A DNA stretch of 34,210 bases from Dehalococcoidia bacterium (GCA_036446335.1 JAZFSU010000142.1:1-34210), one strand, 5' to 3'; counted from the stretch's first letter, positions 20,459 to 32,270 are shown. The notes: generated by a model from the sequence alone, not told the origin. Program-made: numbers and translations.

Positions 20459-20647
20459 CTACTCCTCGTCGACCTCCACCACCTGAACCAAGTGCTGGAC
20501 CCTCTTAATCATGCCACGAATGACACGTGAGTCATCTTGAACCACGGTCTGGTTCAGAGACCGCAATCCCAAGGCTCTGACGGTCCTTCTTTGCTCCCTT
20601 GCATAGCCGATGGCGCTCTTCTTCCAAGTGATGCTCAGTCTAGGCAC
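20459..20647 (-). CDS. rpmD: 50S ribosomal protein L30
   Basis: IT..KS.IG....Q..TV.ALGL......V......IRGMI..V.HLV; GTG start with GGTGGTGA RBS. Confidence 0.93.
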   Translation of the reverse strand: MPRLSITWKKSAIGYAREQRRTVRALGLRSLNQTVVQDDSRVIRGMIKRVQHLVQVVEVDEE

Positions 20648-21164
20648 TGGAATCACCACCGTCAGTAGCCTTCCGTGCCTTCCTGGCCAACTCCTGCCTC
20701 GGGTCTCTCATGGTGCTCAACGCCAGCATGGTAGCCCGGACAATGTTAATCGGGTTGGAACTGCCCATCGACTTGGTCACGATATCCTTGATACCCGCCG
20801 CCTCCACAACCGCCCGCACGCCGCCGCCAGCGATTATGCCCGTGCCCGGCGCTGCCGGCTTCAACATCACCTCCGCCGCTCCGAACTTGGTCACGGTCTT
20901 ATAGGGGACAGTGGTGCCCACCATCGGCACGCGAACCAAGTTCCTCCTTGCAATAGCACCGCCCTTTCGGATCGCCGACGGCACTTCCCTGGCCTTGCCA
21001 AGACCAGCACCGACATGACCGTCTCCGTCACCAACAACCACCAGCGCGCTGAAACTGAACCGACGTCCCCGCTTCACGACCTTGGCAACCCGATTGACGC
21101 CGACAAGCTTCTCAGTCAGATTCAAATCCTTGGGGTCTATCTTCTCCGTCCGCACGTGATCCAT
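20640..21164 (-). CDS. rpsE: 30S ribosomal protein S5
   Basis: [37 protein letters not shown]. Confidence 0.97.
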   Translation of the reverse strand: MDHVRTEKIDPKDLNLTEKLVGVNRVAKVVKRGRRFSFSALVVVGDGDGHVGAGLGKAREVPSAIRKGGAIARRNLVRVPMVGTTVPYKTVTKFGAAEVMLKPAAPGTGIIAGGGVRAVVEAAGIKDIVTKSMGSSNPINIVRATMLALSTMRDPRQELARKARKATDGGDSSA

Positions 21165-21169
21165 AGGCT

Positions 21170-21538
21170 CTAAAACCTCAGTCCTTCTTCTCGAGCAGCA
21201 TTGGCCAGACTCTTCACCCGGCCATGATACTTGTAGCCCCCTCTGTCAAAGACAACCTGGGCTATCCCTTTGACTCGCGCCCTCCTGGCAACCAGAGCCC
21301 CAACCAATCCAGCCGATTCCTGCTTACTCTTGCCTCCCAGATCACCCCGTACATCCCCATCGAGGGTTGACGCACTGGCAAGCGTGCACCCCGAGTCATC
21401 ATCAATCACCTGAGCGTAGATATGGTTGAGGCTGCGAAAGACACACAGCCGGGGTCGATCCGAGGTCCCGACTATCACCTTCCTGACACGAGCATGCCTC
21501 GCCCTTCGCGCAATTCCGGGATTTCGGACGCCACTCAT
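21170..21538 (-). CDS. rplR: 50S ribosomal protein L18
   Basis: [31 protein letters not shown]. Confidence 0.97.
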   Translation of the reverse strand: MSGVRNPGIARRARHARVRKVIVGTSDRPRLCVFRSLNHIYAQVIDDDSGCTLASASTLDGDVRGDLGGKSKQESAGLVGALVARRARVKGIAQVVFDRGGYKYHGRVKSLANAAREEGLRF

Positions 21539-21543
21539 TCTCT

Positions 21544-22095
21544 CTACTTCTTCCTCCCTACCTTGCCCGCCTTGCCTGCCTTGCGCCTGACCACCTCGCC
21601 ACTGTATCTGATCCCCTTTCCCAGATAACGATCAGGAGGCCGCACTGCCCGGATCTGGGCAGCCACCTCCCCCACGCGTTCCTTGTCAACCCCTGACACG
21701 TTGATCCGAGTGGCCCCGTCAATACCCAAGGTTATCCCTGGAGGAGGAGCTATCTCCACTGGCTTGCTGTAGCCAACCTGTATCACCAAATTGTCCCCCG
21801 ACTGTTGGGCGCGATAGCCCACTCCATGGAGTTCAAGGCTCTTCTGAAAGCCGCTGCTGACCCCCTCAACCATGTTTGCAAGCAAACTCCTGCTAAGCCC
21901 ATGCCGCGACCTATGAATCCGGCTGTCCGTTGGCCGTGACACGGTGATCACACCGTCATTCAGCGAAATCATAAGATCGGGGAAGAAGGAGCGAGTAAGC
22001 TCCCCGCGGGGACCCTTGATCTCGACTCTGCTACCCTCGATCAGCACCTCCACTCCCGGAGGCACCGCTATTGGTCTTCTACCTACCCTTGACAT
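21544..22095 (-). CDS. rplF: 50S ribosomal protein L6
   Basis: MSRVGR.PI, GVGYRA, RPP..Y.GKGIRY. Confidence 0.97.
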   Translation of the reverse strand: MSRVGRRPIAVPPGVEVLIEGSRVEIKGPRGELTRSFFPDLMISLNDGVITVSRPTDSRIHRSRHGLSRSLLANMVEGVSSGFQKSLELHGVGYRAQQSGDNLVIQVGYSKPVEIAPPPGITLGIDGATRINVSGVDKERVGEVAAQIRAVRPPDRYLGKGIRYSGEVVRRKAGKAGKVGRKK

Positions 22096-22114
22096 GATTA
22101 ATCCTCAGCTGATT

Positions 22115-22516
22115 CTACCACACGAAGCACAGGACCTCGCCCCCCACACCTCTACGCCACGCCTCCTGCCCGGTCACCACGCCCTTGGACGTTGAGACGA
22201 TCGCAATACCCAGCCCTCCGTACACCCGGGGAATCTCACCCCGTCCGCAATACACCCTGAGGCCAGGCTTGCTCACCCGCTGCAAACCACTCACGATCGG
22301 GCGCTTATTCTCTCCGTAGCCAAGATGAACCTTGATGACCCTCTGCGGGGTACTACTCTTCAGCACTTCATAGTCCTTGACGAAACCTTCTTCCTTGAGC
22401 ACCTTGGCCATCGAGATCTTCATCTTGGAAGCAGGCACAAGAACGAACTCATGTTTCGCTGTGACGCCGTTGCGTATCCGGGTCAACATATCTGCAATAG
22501 GATCGGTTAGACTCAT
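22115..22516 (-). CDS. rpsH: 30S ribosomal protein S8
   Basis: [41 protein letters not shown]. Confidence 0.97.
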   Translation of the reverse strand: MSLTDPIADMLTRIRNGVTAKHEFVLVPASKMKISMAKVLKEEGFVKDYEVLKSSTPQRVIKVHLGYGENKRPIVSGLQRVSKPGLRVYCGRGEIPRVYGGLGIAIVSTSKGVVTGQEAWRRGVGGEVLCFVW

Positions 22517-22534
22517 GTCAGCCCCTCTATGTAA

Positions 22535-22720
22535 TCACCAACTCGATTTCCTGACCCCAGGAAGGTAACCCTGGAGCGCCAGCTTCCTGAAACAGATTCG
22601 GCACAGCCCGAACATACGGATATAGGCTCGAGGCCGACCGCACTCCCTGCAGCGATTGCGATGCTGCACCCGATACTTCGGGACTCTTTGTGACTTCACT
22701 ATCTTCGATGTCTTAGCCAT
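22535..22720 (-). CDS. rpsN: 30S ribosomal protein S14 (short Zn-binding type Z)
   Basis: 61 aa; [10 protein letters not shown]...FGLCRICFR...PGVRKSSW. Confidence 0.96.
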   Translation of the reverse strand: MAKTSKIVKSQRVPKYRVQHRNRCRECGRPRAYIRMFGLCRICFRKLALQGYLPGVRKSSW

Positions 22721-22734
22721 GTTCCCCCAACCTG

Positions 22735-23274
22735 CTAGCTGCTGAAAGGCACGCCCAGCAACTCTAGAAACCTCCTCGCCTCTTCATTGTTGCGAGAGGT
22801 GGTGACAATTGAAACCTGTAGACCTCGAACCTTGTCCACTTTGTCGTAGTCGATCTCAGGAAAAATGATCTGTTCCTTTATCCCCAGGGTGTAGTTTCCA
22901 TGGCCATCGAACGCTTCCCTGGGAACCCCCTGGAAGTCACGCATCCGAGGTAGAACAGAGTTGACCAGTCGATCCAGGAACTCGTACATCCGCCTGCCCC
23001 GTAGCGTCACCCTTATCCCAATGGACATACCCTCGCGCAGTTTATAGACGGCGATGGACCGCTTGGCCTTGGTGATTACGGGGCGCTGCCCCGAGATCAG
23101 GGCCAGGTCGCCGGCGGCGGCCTCAAGCGCACGGGGGTTCTGTATCGCCTCCCCCATGCCAATGTTGAGGACGATCTTCTCCAACCGCGGCACTCGCATC
23201 GGGCTGCTATACCCCTGCTCCTGCATCATCAGGGGCACGATCTCCTGCTTGTACCTCTCCAACAGCCTAGACAC
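22735..23274 (-). CDS. rplE: 50S ribosomal protein L5
   Basis: [38 protein letters not shown]; GTG start overlaps the rplX stop (TAGTG). Confidence 0.96.
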   Translation of the reverse strand: MSRLLERYKQEIVPLMMQEQGYSSPMRVPRLEKIVLNIGMGEAIQNPRALEAAAGDLALISGQRPVITKAKRSIAVYKLREGMSIGIRVTLRGRRMYEFLDRLVNSVLPRMRDFQGVPREAFDGHGNYTLGIKEQIIFPEIDYDKVDKVRGLQVSIVTTSRNNEEARRFLELLGVPFSS

Positions 23275-23585
23275 TAGTCTATCACCTCGTGGCATTTCTT
23301 GCACACTCGCGCTTTCTTGTTGTCCTCCAGGATCCCGTACCCGACTCGCGTCAACTCATGACACTTCGTACAAATCAGCATCACCTTGGAAACAGGTATC
23401 GGCGCCTCGAACTCAACTATCCCCGCCTGCTTGATGTTTCCCCGCGCCTTCATGTGACGCTTGCGCACATTGACCCCCTCCACCTGTATCCGGCCCTCCT
23501 GAGGGAAAGAGCGATGGACCTTTCCTTTCTTCCCCCGATCGGTGCCGCTGACCACCATCACCTCATCGTTTACGCGAATCTTCAT
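23274..23585 (-). CDS. rplX: 50S ribosomal protein L24
   Basis: MKIR..D.V.V..G.D.GK.G.V, VEGVN, EAPI..S.V. Confidence 0.96.
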   Translation of the reverse strand: MKIRVNDEVMVVSGTDRGKKGKVHRSFPQEGRIQVEGVNVRKRHMKARGNIKQAGIVEFEAPIPVSKVMLICTKCHELTRVGYGILEDNKKARVCKKCHEVID

Positions 23586-23613
23586 CCGTTGACTCCGCCC
23601 TCAGTTCCTTCCC

Positions 23614-23982
23614 CTACAGCACCTCTGGCGCCAGGGAAATGATCTTCATGAAGTTCTTCTCCCTGAGTTCCCGCGCCACAGGACCAAAAATCCGTGTGCC
23701 CTTTGGATTGCCTCGATCATCGAGAACCACCGCAGCGTTCTCATCAAATCTGATGTACGAACCGTCAGGGCGACCATAAGTCTTTACAATGCGGACCACG
23801 ACTGCGCGTACGACTTCGCCCTTCTTAACGGCGCCCCCGGGGGTAGCCTCTTTCACAGAGGCCACGATAACATCGCCCACTCCGGCGTATCTCCTCCGCG
23901 TGCCGCCGGGAACGTTGATGCACATGATTACCTTGGCACCCGAATTGTCAGCAACCCTAAGCCTGGTATTGGACTGTATCAT
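23614..23982 (-). CDS. rplN: 50S ribosomal protein L14
   Basis: [37 protein letters not shown]. Confidence 0.97.
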   Translation of the reverse strand: MIQSNTRLRVADNSGAKVIMCINVPGGTRRRYAGVGDVIVASVKEATPGGAVKKGEVVRAVVVRIVKTYGRPDGSYIRFDENAAVVLDDRGNPKGTRIFGPVARELREKNFMKIISLAPEVL

Positions 23983-23985
23983 GGG

Positions 23986-24267
23986 TCACTCAATCTCCTC
24001 AGGCTTGACCTCGACCGCCTCCGCCCTGGACACGATATCGGTGACTCGCCATCTTTTCACCTTGGACAGCGGGCGAGTCTCAACAATTCTCACTAGGTCG
24101 CCCACGGCACAGGAGTTCCCCTCGTCATGCGCCTTAAACGTCGCCTTGTGGGTCACAACCCGCTTGTAGCGCAGGTGTTGCCGACGAGTTTGAACTTCCA
24201 CCGTCACCGTCTTATCCATCCGGTCGCTCAGAACGCGACCTACGCGAATCTTACGCATTCTTTCCAT
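23986..24267 (-). CDS. rpsQ: 30S ribosomal protein S17
   Basis: G.V.SD.MDKTV.V, AHDE.N, GD.V.I.ETRPLSK.KRW. Confidence 0.96.
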   Translation of the reverse strand: MERMRKIRVGRVLSDRMDKTVTVEVQTRRQHLRYKRVVTHKATFKAHDEGNSCAVGDLVRIVETRPLSKVKRWRVTDIVSRAEAVEVKPEEIE

Positions 24268-24271
24268 AGTT

Positions 24272-24469
24272 CTAATCGCCGGCGAGCTCGCGCTCCCGCA
24301 TTACAGTCATCATCCGAGCGATCTTCCTCCTAACATTGGTCAGCTCGCTGTAGTTCGCCAATTGCCTGGTGGCATGCCGGAACCTGAGATTAAAGAGTTC
24401 CTGCCGGGCCTCGCCAAGCTGCTTGTCCAGTTCCTCTACCTTCAGAGCTCTAATCTTGTCCACCCTCAT
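24272..24469 (-). CDS. rpmC: 50S ribosomal protein L29
   Basis: ELFNLRF..AT.QL.N......VRR.IAR..T; ATG 24469 with AGGTGA RBS. Confidence 0.94.
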   Translation of the reverse strand: MRVDKIRALKVEELDKQLGEARQELFNLRFRHATRQLANYSELTNVRRKIARMMTVMRERELAGD

Positions 24470-24484
24470 TGCAATCACCTGTCG

Positions 24485-24910
24485 CTAGGACACCCCTGAC
24501 ATTGTCTCCCTACCAACGAATTTTGTGTGGATGGGTAGCTTGTGCGACGCCAGGCGCATCGCCTCCTGAGCCATTTCCTCCTTGACCCCCGAGATCTCAA
24601 ACAGGACTCTCCCCCGCCTGACAACGGCCACCCAGTGGTCAAGTGATCCCTTTCCACTACCCATCCTGGTCTCTGCTGGCCTTGCAGTCACCGGCTTGTC
24701 AGGGAAGACCCGGATCCACACCTTGCCCCCCCTTTTAACACTATGTACGATCGCGCGCCGTGCCGCCTCGATCTGGCGACTGGTAATCCAGGCACACTCC
24801 TGCGCCTGCAACCCGAACTCGCCGAAGACCACGGTGTTGCCGGTCTGGGCCATGCCCCGGCGGCGTCCCCTCTGTGCTTTTCGGTATTTTACTCGTTTCG
24901 GCTGGAGCAT
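24485..24910 (-). CDS. rplP: 50S ribosomal protein L16
   Basis: [34 protein letters not shown]. Confidence 0.97.
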   Translation of the reverse strand: MLQPKRVKYRKAQRGRRRGMAQTGNTVVFGEFGLQAQECAWITSRQIEAARRAIVHSVKRGGKVWIRVFPDKPVTARPAETRMGSGKGSLDHWVAVVRRGRVLFEISGVKEEMAQEAMRLASHKLPIHTKFVGRETMSGVS

Positions 24911-24920
24911 CTTCCTCGTC

Positions 24921-25613
24921 CTATGCTACTTCTTCAGTCTGTGCAAACACGGCTCCCCCCTCCGCAACACCCGCCACCACCTTGGGCTCCGGAAGAATCT
25001 CTCCCTTGAAGATCCACACCTTGATGCCAATGAGCCCCATGGCAGTAAGAGCCTCCGCGAAACCATAGTCAATGTCGGCCCTGAGTGTATGCAGGGGAAC
25101 GCTTCCTTCACGTACTGTCTCGCGGCGAGCGATCTCGCCCCCACCAAGCCTCCCCGCGCACCGGATCTTCACTCCCTTGGCACCACGCAACATGGTGCGA
25201 GACATTGACTGCTTCATACACCTGCGATAGGACACTCGTCTCTTGAGCTGTTCAGCTATGTTTTCGGCAACCAACTGGGCATCAAGCTCAGGTTGCCCTA
25301 TCTCAAGTATGTTCAGTCGAACCCTCTTACCGGTCTTCTTCTCCAAGAGCGCTCTCACCTCATCCACCCGTTGCCCACCTCGGCCGATCACAATGCCGGG
25401 TCGTGAGGTGTGGATAGTCACCGTCACCTCGTTGGCCTTGCGCTCTATCTCAACCAGAGAGACGCCCGCCTCCCTGTAGGCAGATCGGACTATGCGGCGA
25501 ATATCCAAGTCTTCGCCCACAAGCTCGGTGTAGTGCCTGGCGTCATACCAGCGGGCACGCCAGTCCCTGATTATGCCAATTCTGAAGCCGTAGGGATGAA
25601 CCTTATGTCCCAA
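24921..25613 (-). CDS. rpsC: 30S ribosomal protein S3
   Basis: [38 protein letters not shown]; TTG start. Confidence 0.97.
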   Translation of the reverse strand: MGHKVHPYGFRIGIIRDWRARWYDARHYTELVGEDLDIRRIVRSAYREAGVSLVEIERKANEVTVTIHTSRPGIVIGRGGQRVDEVRALLEKKTGKRVRLNILEIGQPELDAQLVAENIAEQLKRRVSYRRCMKQSMSRTMLRGAKGVKIRCAGRLGGGEIARRETVREGSVPLHTLRADIDYGFAEALTAMGLIGIKVWIFKGEILPEPKVVAGVAEGGAVFAQTEEVA

Positions 25614-25947
25614 TCAACTCCTCCTCAACAACGACCGTTATGTGGCTGAAGCGCCGCCGGTAGGGGTTCACCCTTCCACGAGCACCAGGACGGAACCTTT
25701 TTAGCCTCTGCCCTTCATCTGCAAAGGCCCCCACAATCTTGAGTCGCGCCGGCAACATCTGATAGTTATTCTCAGCATTGGCGGCCGCCGACTTGACCAC
25801 CTTCGCCACAACCTGGGCCGACGGAGCGGGCACGAAGCCAAGTATGGTCAAGGCATCTTGCACGCCCCGCCCCCGGATCATATCCAGCACGAGCCGTACT
25901 TTTCGCGGTGATACCCTGATTTGTCGTGCGCTTGCCCTTACTTCCAC
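25603..25947 (-). CDS. rplV: 50S ribosomal protein L22
   Basis: [28 protein letters not shown]. Confidence 0.96.
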   Translation of the reverse strand: MEVRASARQIRVSPRKVRLVLDMIRGRGVQDALTILGFVPAPSAQVVAKVVKSAAANAENNYQMLPARLKIVGAFADEGQRLKRFRPGARGRVNPYRRRFSHITVVVEEELIGT

Positions 25948-26000
25948 TTGATGCCCTCGCTCGGCAGGAGCATGTTGCCTGCACCTCTCCTGCCAATTCG

Positions 26001-26297
26001 CTAGTTGCGCTTCTTCGCCACTACTCGAGTGGTCCTACCTCCTGAAGCATGTCCGCGATAGGTCCTGGTGGGAGAGAATTCTCCCAGTTTGTGGCCTACC
26101 ATGTTCTCACTGATGAAGATGGGAACATGCCTCCGGCCATCGTGCACACCAACCGTAAGCCCGATCATCTGCGGAACGATGGTGGAGGCCCGCGACCAAG
26201 TCTTGATCACTGCCTTCTGATCCGTTCGGATCAGAATATCCACCTTCTTCATCAACTTTGCGTCCACAAACGGGCCCTTCTTGATCGACCTTGACAT
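26001..26297 (-). CDS. rpsS: 30S ribosomal protein S19
   Basis: [31 protein letters not shown]. Confidence 0.97.
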   Translation of the reverse strand: MSRSIKKGPFVDAKLMKKVDILIRTDQKAVIKTWSRASTIVPQMIGLTVGVHDGRRHVPIFISENMVGHKLGEFSPTRTYRGHASGGRTTRVVAKKRN

Positions 26298-26318
26298 TAT
26301 CGAAGACCTCCAGGAATA

Positions 26319-27143
26319 CTACTTCCTTCTCCTGACAATCAGCTTGTCGCTGCGCCTGTTGCGTCGGGTCCTGTAGCCCAGAGCAGGCTTGCCCCAAGGC
26401 GTTTTCGGACCCGGGTGCCCTATCGGCGACCTGCCCTCGCCGCCGCCGTGCGGGTGATCCCGAGGAGTCATCGCAGAGCCACGCACCGTGGGCCGCCACC
26501 CCATATGCCTCTTGCGCCCAGCCTTCCCCAACGTGATATTGCTGTGGTCAATGTTGCCCACCTGGCCAATCGTGGCCGAGCACTCCTCGTCAAAGCGACG
26601 GAGCTCCCCGGAAGGCAGCTTCACTAGGGTGTAGCGCCCCTCCTTGGCCACCAGTTGAGCAGATACACCGGCGCTTCGCACCATCTGCCCTCCCTTGCCA
26701 CGATGAAGCTCAACATTATGGATCGCCGAGCCAAGCGGGATTAGCTTCAGAGGCAGGGCGTTCCCCGGCTTGAAGTCTGCGCCTGGGCCTGACGAGATAG
26801 TGTCACCCGGCCTCATCCCGATCGGCGCGAGGATGTATCTCTTCTCGCCATCGACATAGTGGATCAGCGCAATGTTGGCAGAACGATTGGGGTCATACTC
26901 GATCGACGCCACCTTGCCGGGAACACCAACCTTGTCTCTCTTGAAATCGATAATCCGGAGCCTGCGTTTGGCGCCACCACCGCGGTGTCGGACCGTAATT
27001 CTACCCTGATTGCTCCTCCCGGCCTTCTTCTTCAGCGGCAGCAGAAGCGACTTCTCCGGCTTCTTCTTGGTAAGCTCCGAGAAGTCCGCTCCGGTCATTC
27101 CCCGCCGCCCCGGAGAAGTGGGACGATACACTTTGATCGCCAA
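26319..27143 (-). CDS. rplB: 50S ribosomal protein L2
   Basis: [39 protein letters not shown]; TTG start. Confidence 0.97.
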   Translation of the reverse strand: MAIKVYRPTSPGRRGMTGADFSELTKKKPEKSLLLPLKKKAGRSNQGRITVRHRGGGAKRRLRIIDFKRDKVGVPGKVASIEYDPNRSANIALIHYVDGEKRYILAPIGMRPGDTISSGPGADFKPGNALPLKLIPLGSAIHNVELHRGKGGQMVRSAGVSAQLVAKEGRYTLVKLPSGELRRFDEECSATIGQVGNIDHSNITLGKAGRKRHMGWRPTVRGSAMTPRDHPHGGGEGRSPIGHPGPKTPWGKPALGYRTRRNRRSDKLIVRRRK

Positions 27144-27182
27144 AGATAGTCTCCTTTGCCTCAGTCTAGTTCCAGCCCGCGC

Positions 27183-27467
27183 CTATACCCCTTCGTAGAG
27201 CTCGATCTTGTCTCCGCTCACGAGCGTCACGATCGCCTTCTTCCAGACGGGCGTCATTCCCCGCCGCCTTCCAGCCGTACGCATCTTGCCAGGCATATGG
27301 ATCACGTTTACTGCTGTCACCCTGACTTTGAACGCTGTCTCCACAGCCTCCCTTATCAGAGGCTTGTTGGCATCTCGAGCCACCTCGAACACATACTTAT
27401 TCTGCCCGGCAAGCAAAGCGTTCTTCTCAGTCACAACCGGCCTGCGCAGCACGTCGTAGATATCCAT
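27183..27467 (-). CDS. rplW: 50S ribosomal protein L23
   Basis: P.VTEK, Y.FEV...ANK..I..AVE..F.V.V..VN, WKKAIVTL; ATG 27467 (GTG 27470 alternative). Confidence 0.96.
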   Translation of the reverse strand: MDIYDVLRRPVVTEKNALLAGQNKYVFEVARDANKPLIREAVETAFKVRVTAVNVIHMPGKMRTAGRRRGMTPVWKKAIVTLVSGDKIELYEGV

Positions 27468-27470
27468 CAC

Positions 27471-28130
27471 TTATCCTTGAGTGTCGCTCACGCCAGCGGC
27501 AACCCGCTGCCTACCCCATATCGCCTCAACCTTCCTTACAGCCTCGACGGTCACAAGCAACACCTTGTACGACAGCAGATCCAACACATTCAACATACTG
27601 GCTGGCGTCGTCTTTGTTCGAGCAATATTGCGGGCAGACTTGACCACATTTACATCAGCGTCAGCAGAAACAAGCAGGGCCGACGACTGGATGCCCACCG
27701 CCCTGAGAACCTCACTCAACTGTCTGGTCCTCGGTTCTTCAATCCCGAAGGAGTCGATCACAATGAGTTCACCCTCAGCCAATTTGGCCGAGAGCACGCA
27801 TTTCAAAGCGAGACGGCGCATCTTCTTGGGCATCGCCTGCCGGTAACTTCTACGGTGAGGTCCGAAAGCGATCCCACCGCCACGGCGGGTCGGCGATCTC
27901 TTGCTGCCAGCCCGCGCAAATCCTGTATGCTTTTGCCGATACAGCTTGCGGGTGCTCCCTGCTACCTGGCTCCGGGTCTTGGTCTCAGCACAACCCACAC
28001 GAGCGTTGGCTCGATGCCGCACCAGCGCCTGATGCACCACCGCCTCATTCGGCGGGACACCGAAGACAGACTCATCGAGCTCGATGTGTTCAATGACCTG
28101 CCCTGCCGCATTATGTACTGGAACCTGCAT
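27471..28130 (-). CDS. rplD: 50S ribosomal protein L4
   Basis: TKTRS.V.G...K..RQK.TG.AR.GS.RSP...GGG..FGP. Confidence 0.96.
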   Translation of the reverse strand: MQVPVHNAAGQVIEHIELDESVFGVPPNEAVVHQALVRHRANARVGCAETKTRSQVAGSTRKLYRQKHTGFARAGSKRSPTRRGGGIAFGPHRRSYRQAMPKKMRRLALKCVLSAKLAEGELIVIDSFGIEEPRTRQLSEVLRAVGIQSSALLVSADADVNVVKSARNIARTKTTPASMLNVLDLLSYKVLLVTVEAVRKVEAIWGRQRVAAGVSDTQG

Positions 28131-28142
28131 CCTATCTCCCGC

Positions 28143-28769
28143 CTACCGATCGTACCTCTTGGATTTCCTTATCTCCAACAGACCGTTCCGAGCCCCGGGT
28201 ACCGCCCCCTCCACCAAGAGCAAATTGCGCTCCGGATCGGCCTGGACAACTTCGAGGTGCTTGACCGTGACCCTCTCATTCCCCATGTGCCCCGCCATCC
28301 TCAGCCCTTTGAACACGCGCCCAGGAGTCGTGCCGGAACCAATCGAACCCGGTGCGCGATGCCGATCGGACTGCCCGTGAGTCTTCGGCCCCCCACTGAA
28401 GTGGTGGCGCTTGACTCCCCCGGCAAAGCCCCTACCCTTGGATACCCCAATGACATCCACCCGATCCCCAGGCTGGAACATGCCAACGTCGACCTGGTGT
28501 CCCAACTCGATACTGGAAGTGTCCTCGACCCTAAACTCCCGGAGATGCCTGAACAGGCCCAGCTTGCCCAGATGCCCCTTCTCAGGAGAATTCAGCCGCT
28601 TCGCTGCCCCAAACCCAAGTTGGACCGAATTGTACCCCTCTTTGGACACAGTCCTCAGCTGGGTCACAGTGCACGGCCCCGCCTCTATGGCCGTGACCGA
28701 TCTCACGATGCCATTTTCGGCAAACAACTGTGTCATCCCGATCTTTCGACCCATGAGTCCCTTGATCAT
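28143..28769 (-). CDS. rplC: 50S ribosomal protein L3
   Basis: [39 protein letters not shown]. Confidence 0.97.
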   Translation of the reverse strand: MIKGLMGRKIGMTQLFAENGIVRSVTAIEAGPCTVTQLRTVSKEGYNSVQLGFGAAKRLNSPEKGHLGKLGLFRHLREFRVEDTSSIELGHQVDVGMFQPGDRVDVIGVSKGRGFAGGVKRHHFSGGPKTHGQSDRHRAPGSIGSGTTPGRVFKGLRMAGHMGNERVTVKHLEVVQADPERNLLLVEGAVPGARNGLLEIRKSKRYDR

Positions 28770-28784
28770 CCTCTTAAACCCTTA

Positions 28785-29093
28785 CTAAAGCTTGATCTCG
28801 ATATCCACGCCCGCCGGGAGGTCCAACGTCGTCAGGGCATCAATTGTCTTCGAGGTGGGATCGACAATATCGATCAACCTCTTGTGAGTCCTGATCTCAA
28901 ACTGCTCTCGCGAATCCTTGTCTACATGTGGCGACCGGATGACGCAGAACTTTCTGATGTGCGTTGGGAGAGGCACCGGGCCAACCACCGCTGCCCCTGT
29001 GCGCTCGGCCGCCTCAACGATCTGAACCGCCGACTGATCGAGAATCCGATGGTCAAACGCTTTCAGCCTTATTCGAATCTTCTGCTTTGGCAT
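28785..29093 (-). CDS. rpsJ: 30S ribosomal protein S10
   Basis: [43 protein letters not shown]; ATG 2 nt after the fusA stop. Confidence 0.97.
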   Translation of the reverse strand: MPKQKIRIRLKAFDHRILDQSAVQIVEAAERTGAAVVGPVPLPTHIRKFCVIRSPHVDKDSREQFEIRTHKRLIDIVDPTSKTIDALTTLDLPAGVDIEIKL

Positions 29094-29095
29094 CC

Positions 29096-31171
29096 CTAGT
29101 TCCTTGCTCTGGCGAGAATCCCCTGTGCCACATCCCTGGTGGTCCCCTGATAGCAGTGGAACTCCATGGAGTAGGTTGCCCGCCCCTGACTCACCGACCT
29201 CAGATCGGTGGCATAGCCGAAGCTCTCCGCCAGCGGCAGAAAGCAGCGGATTATGTGGGTCCACGCCCGCAGCTCGATGGCCTCGACCTTGGCTCTCCTG
29301 GAGTTGAGATCACCGATTATGTCCCCCAGGAACTCCTTCGGTGTGGCCACCTCCAGCTTCATTATGGGCTCGAGGAGAACAGGCTCTGCTTTCCTGACCC
29401 CATCCCTCAGCGCCATTGATCCGGCCATCTTGAAGGCTATGTCAGAGGAGTCGACCTGGTGATAGCTGCCATCGTAGGCCGTCACCCGGATGTCGATGAT
29501 GGGATAGCTGGCAAGAACGCCGTTCTCCAGCGCTTCCCGGACCCCCTGCTCTATAGCCGAGATGAACTGCCTCGGTATCGCACCGCCCTGGACCTTGTTC
29601 ACGAACTCGAATCCCTTCCCCCGCTCCAGAGGCTCCAGCTCGAGCCGGACATGGCCGTACTGGCCATGGCCCCCGGTCTGCTTGATGAACCTGCCCTCGG
29701 AGCGCACGGGCACCGTGATCGTCTCTTTGTAGGCAACCTGTGGCTTGCCCACCTTGGCGTTAACCTTGAACTCGCGCAGAAGCCTGTCAACGATGATATC
29801 CAGGTGAAGCTCCCCCATCCCGGATAGTATGGTCTGCCCGGTGTCGGAGTCATAGCGAGTCTTGAAGGTGGGATCCTCGTCAGCCAGCTTGTTCAGAGAC
29901 TCCCCGATCCTGTCCTGATCCGCCTTGGCTGTGGGCTCGATGGCCACGGAGATGACGGGCTCCGGAAACTGGATCGCCTCCAGGATTACGGGTTTGGAGA
30001 TATCGCACAAGCTGTCTCCGGTGAAGGTGTTCTTGAGGCCGACGACGGCAATGATCTCACCGCATCTCACCTCGTCTGTCTCCTCCCGCCGGTTGGCATG
30101 CATCTTAAGCAATCGCCCCAGCCGCTCCTTGTGTCCCCTGGTGGAATTGAATAGCTGGGAGCCTGTGCGGGCCGTGCCCGAATATACCCTGAGATAGACA
30201 AGTCTCCCGATGAAGGGATCTGATACTATCTTGAATGCCAGTGCAGAGAAAGGTGCCTCGTCGCTGGCCTCCCGGGAGGCTTCATCGCCTGTTCTCGGGT
30301 CAGTGCCCACGACCGGGGGCACATCCAGAGGTGAAGGAAGATAGTCGACTATGGCATCCAGTAGCGGATGTATTCCCCTGTTCCTGACGGCACTGCCGCA
30401 TAGCACTGGAACCAGCCTGGTGGACAGCGTTGCCCGCCTAAGCGCTGCCTTGAGATCGGGGACGGTGATGGCCTCGCCCTCGACGTAGGCACCCATGAGC
30501 GCCTCATCGTTCTCGGCCACCTGCTCGATCAGCTTCTCACGCTGGTGGGCGACAGTCTCCTTGAGTTCGTCGGGTATCGGCACCTCCACCGGCGTCCCGT
30601 CACTATCATCGGGGAAGACCCATGCCTTGTTCTCAATAATATCAACAACGCCCTCAAAGGACGATTCCACTCCCAGAGGCACCTGCACCGGCACAGGGTT
30701 GGCCCTGAGGCGGTCCTTGATCATCTGCACGGTGCCAAAGTAGTCCGCACCGACGCGATCCATCTTGTTTACAAGGCATATCCTGGGAACCCGATAGCTG
30801 TCCGCCTGCCGCCACACCGTCTCTGACTGCGGCTCGACCCCCGCCAGGGCATCGAACACCACCACCCCACCATCCAGAACCCTGAGGCTTCGCTCCACCT
30901 CTGCGGTGAAGTCTACGTGTCCAGGCGTATCGATGATAGTGATCTGATGGCCAGCCCACTCGCAGCTGGTGGCTGCCGCAGTAATGGTGATCCCACGCTC
31001 CCGCTCCTGCTCCATCCAGTCCATCACCGTCGTACCTGCATCCACATGACCCACCTTGTGGGTCCGCCCGGTGAAATACAGAATATGCTCGGTGACGGTG
31101 GTCTTCCCAGCGTCAATGTGGGCTATTATCCCAATGTTCCTTACTCGCTCCAACGGCAACGATTGTGCCAT
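29096..31171 (-). CDS. fusA: Elongation factor G
   Basis: [63 protein letters not shown]. Start MAQSLPL at 31171; an in-frame ATG at 31237 is possible. Confidence 0.96.
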   Translation of the reverse strand: MAQSLPLERVRNIGIIAHIDAGKTTVTEHILYFTGRTHKVGHVDAGTTVMDWMEQERERGITITAAATSCEWAGHQITIIDTPGHVDFTAEVERSLRVLDGGVVVFDALAGVEPQSETVWRQADSYRVPRICLVNKMDRVGADYFGTVQMIKDRLRANPVPVQVPLGVESSFEGVVDIIENKAWVFPDDSDGTPVEVPIPDELKETVAHQREKLIEQVAENDEALMGAYVEGEAITVPDLKAALRRATLSTRLVPVLCGSAVRNRGIHPLLDAIVDYLPSPLDVPPVVGTDPRTGDEASREASDEAPFSALAFKIVSDPFIGRLVYLRVYSGTARTGSQLFNSTRGHKERLGRLLKMHANRREETDEVRCGEIIAVVGLKNTFTGDSLCDISKPVILEAIQFPEPVISVAIEPTAKADQDRIGESLNKLADEDPTFKTRYDSDTGQTILSGMGELHLDIIVDRLLREFKVNAKVGKPQVAYKETITVPVRSEGRFIKQTGGHGQYGHVRLELEPLERGKGFEFVNKVQGGAIPRQFISAIEQGVREALENGVLASYPIIDIRVTAYDGSYHQVDSSDIAFKMAGSMALRDGVRKAEPVLLEPIMKLEVATPKEFLGDIIGDLNSRRAKVEAIELRAWTHIIRCFLPLAESFGYATDLRSVSQGRATYSMEFHCYQGTTRDVAQGILARARN

Positions 31172-31295
31172 GAGCCGCTTCCCCTCCGCCGGACAACCTC
31201 TGCTACTCACCCTGCTACCGCTAACTGTAGTGCTCATCAGCCCCTTTACCACCTGTAGTGGGCAAACGCCTTGTTCGCCTCAGCCATTCTATGAG
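31065..31295 (-). repeat. Copy A of the rpsG-3'/fusA-5' inverted repeat
   Basis: Reverse complement aligns by hand to 33979-34210 with 13 substitutions and 1 indel. Confidence 0.95.
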
Positions 31296-31716
31296 TCTCA
31301 TCCCGTTTCTTGATGGTCGCGCCCTGCCCTCTGGAGGCATCCATCAACTCAGTCGCCAGCCTCTCCGCCATCGGCCTACCCTTTCGCGCCTTCGTCGCAG
31401 CCAGCAGCCAGCGGATCGCCAACGCAAGTCGGCGTCCCTCCCTGATATCAACTGGCACCTGATAGGTAGCACCACCCACGCGGCGCGGCTTAACCTCAAC
31501 CGCTGGCGTAACATTCTTGAGCGCTTGCTCAAAAACATCCAGCGGATTCCTCTTGGTCTCCTTCGCCACTATGTCAAACGCCTCATAGACAATTCGCTCC
31601 GCAACGGTCTTCTTGCCACAGGCCATTACCTTGCGGATGAACCGGGTAACATCCGTGCTGTGATACACGGCGTCCGGCGCTATCGGTCTCTTGACTGCCT
31701 TGCCTCTCCTCGGCAT
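31246..31716 (-). CDS. rpsG: 30S ribosomal protein S7
   Basis: [41 protein letters not shown]. Confidence 0.97.
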   Translation of the reverse strand: MPRRGKAVKRPIAPDAVYHSTDVTRFIRKVMACGKKTVAERIVYEAFDIVAKETKRNPLDVFEQALKNVTPAVEVKPRRVGGATYQVPVDIREGRRLALAIRWLLAATKARKGRPMAERLATELMDASRGQGATIKKRDETHRMAEANKAFAHYRW

Positions 31717-31725
31717 ATCCCTCTC

Positions 31726-31772
31726 CTGAAACTGTCCTTTCAGCCAAAGAGCTTCTATAAACTAGAAGCTCT
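31726..31772 (-). promoter_or_regulatory. Two hairpins in the rpsL-rpsG intercistronic region, candidate S7 autoregulatory element
   Basis: 10-bp stem 31748-31757/31763-31772 and 6-bp stem 31726-31731/31738-31743 abutting the rpsG RBS. Confidence 0.4.
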
Positions 31773-31808
31773 CAACGGCCACCTATCGAGAACCCAAGAG
31801 GCACTGGC

Positions 31809-32231
31809 CTAGGCGCTACTCTTGGGCTTCTTAGTTCCGTACAGACTACGACCCTGCCGACGACCCTCAACGCCACCGGCATCCAAAGCACCCCTAACAA
31901 TATGATAGCGCACCCCGGGAAGGTCCTTCACACGCCCTCCACGAATCAGCACCACCGAGTGCTCCTGCAAAGTGTGGCCCTCCCCAGGGATGTAGGCCGT
32001 CACTTCCATCTGGTTCGTCAACCGGACTCGCGCAACCTTTCGCAGGGCGGAGTTCGGCTTCTTGGGCGTTACCGTCTTGACCTGAAGGCAGACTCCCCTT
32101 TTCTGGGGAGAGGCCTTCCCCTGAATAGTGGTCCCTCTCAGCGTATTGTAGGAGAAACGAAGCGCAGGGGTCTTGACCCTCTTGCTGACATTCTTGCGCC
32201 CTTTCCTTACCAGCTGGCTGATCGTCGGCAC
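31809..32231 (-). CDS. rpsL: 30S ribosomal protein S12 (form with N-terminal loop insertion)
   Basis: (M)[39 protein letters not shown]; GTG start with GGGGGAG RBS. Confidence 0.97.
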   Translation of the reverse strand: MPTISQLVRKGRKNVSKRVKTPALRFSYNTLRGTTIQGKASPQKRGVCLQVKTVTPKKPNSALRKVARVRLTNQMEVTAYIPGEGHTLQEHSVVLIRGGRVKDLPGVRYHIVRGALDAGGVEGRRQGRSLYGTKKPKSSA

Positions 32232-32270
32232 CGCTTCTCCCCCTTCAAGTGAACTGAACACCAAGATAGG

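Noticed and set aside
15371-22720. Zn-binding (Cys-containing) forms of S4, L36, S14 and the Adk LID
   Set aside because: Normal ancestral state in many anaerobes and Chloroflexota; not unusual.
27156-29099. 647-aa + strand ORF, the longest non-assigned ORF in the track
   Set aside because: Antisense shadow of rplW-rplD-rplC-rpsJ, which share one codon register; rare TTA/CTA/TCA codons leave the opposite frame open. No recognisable motifs.
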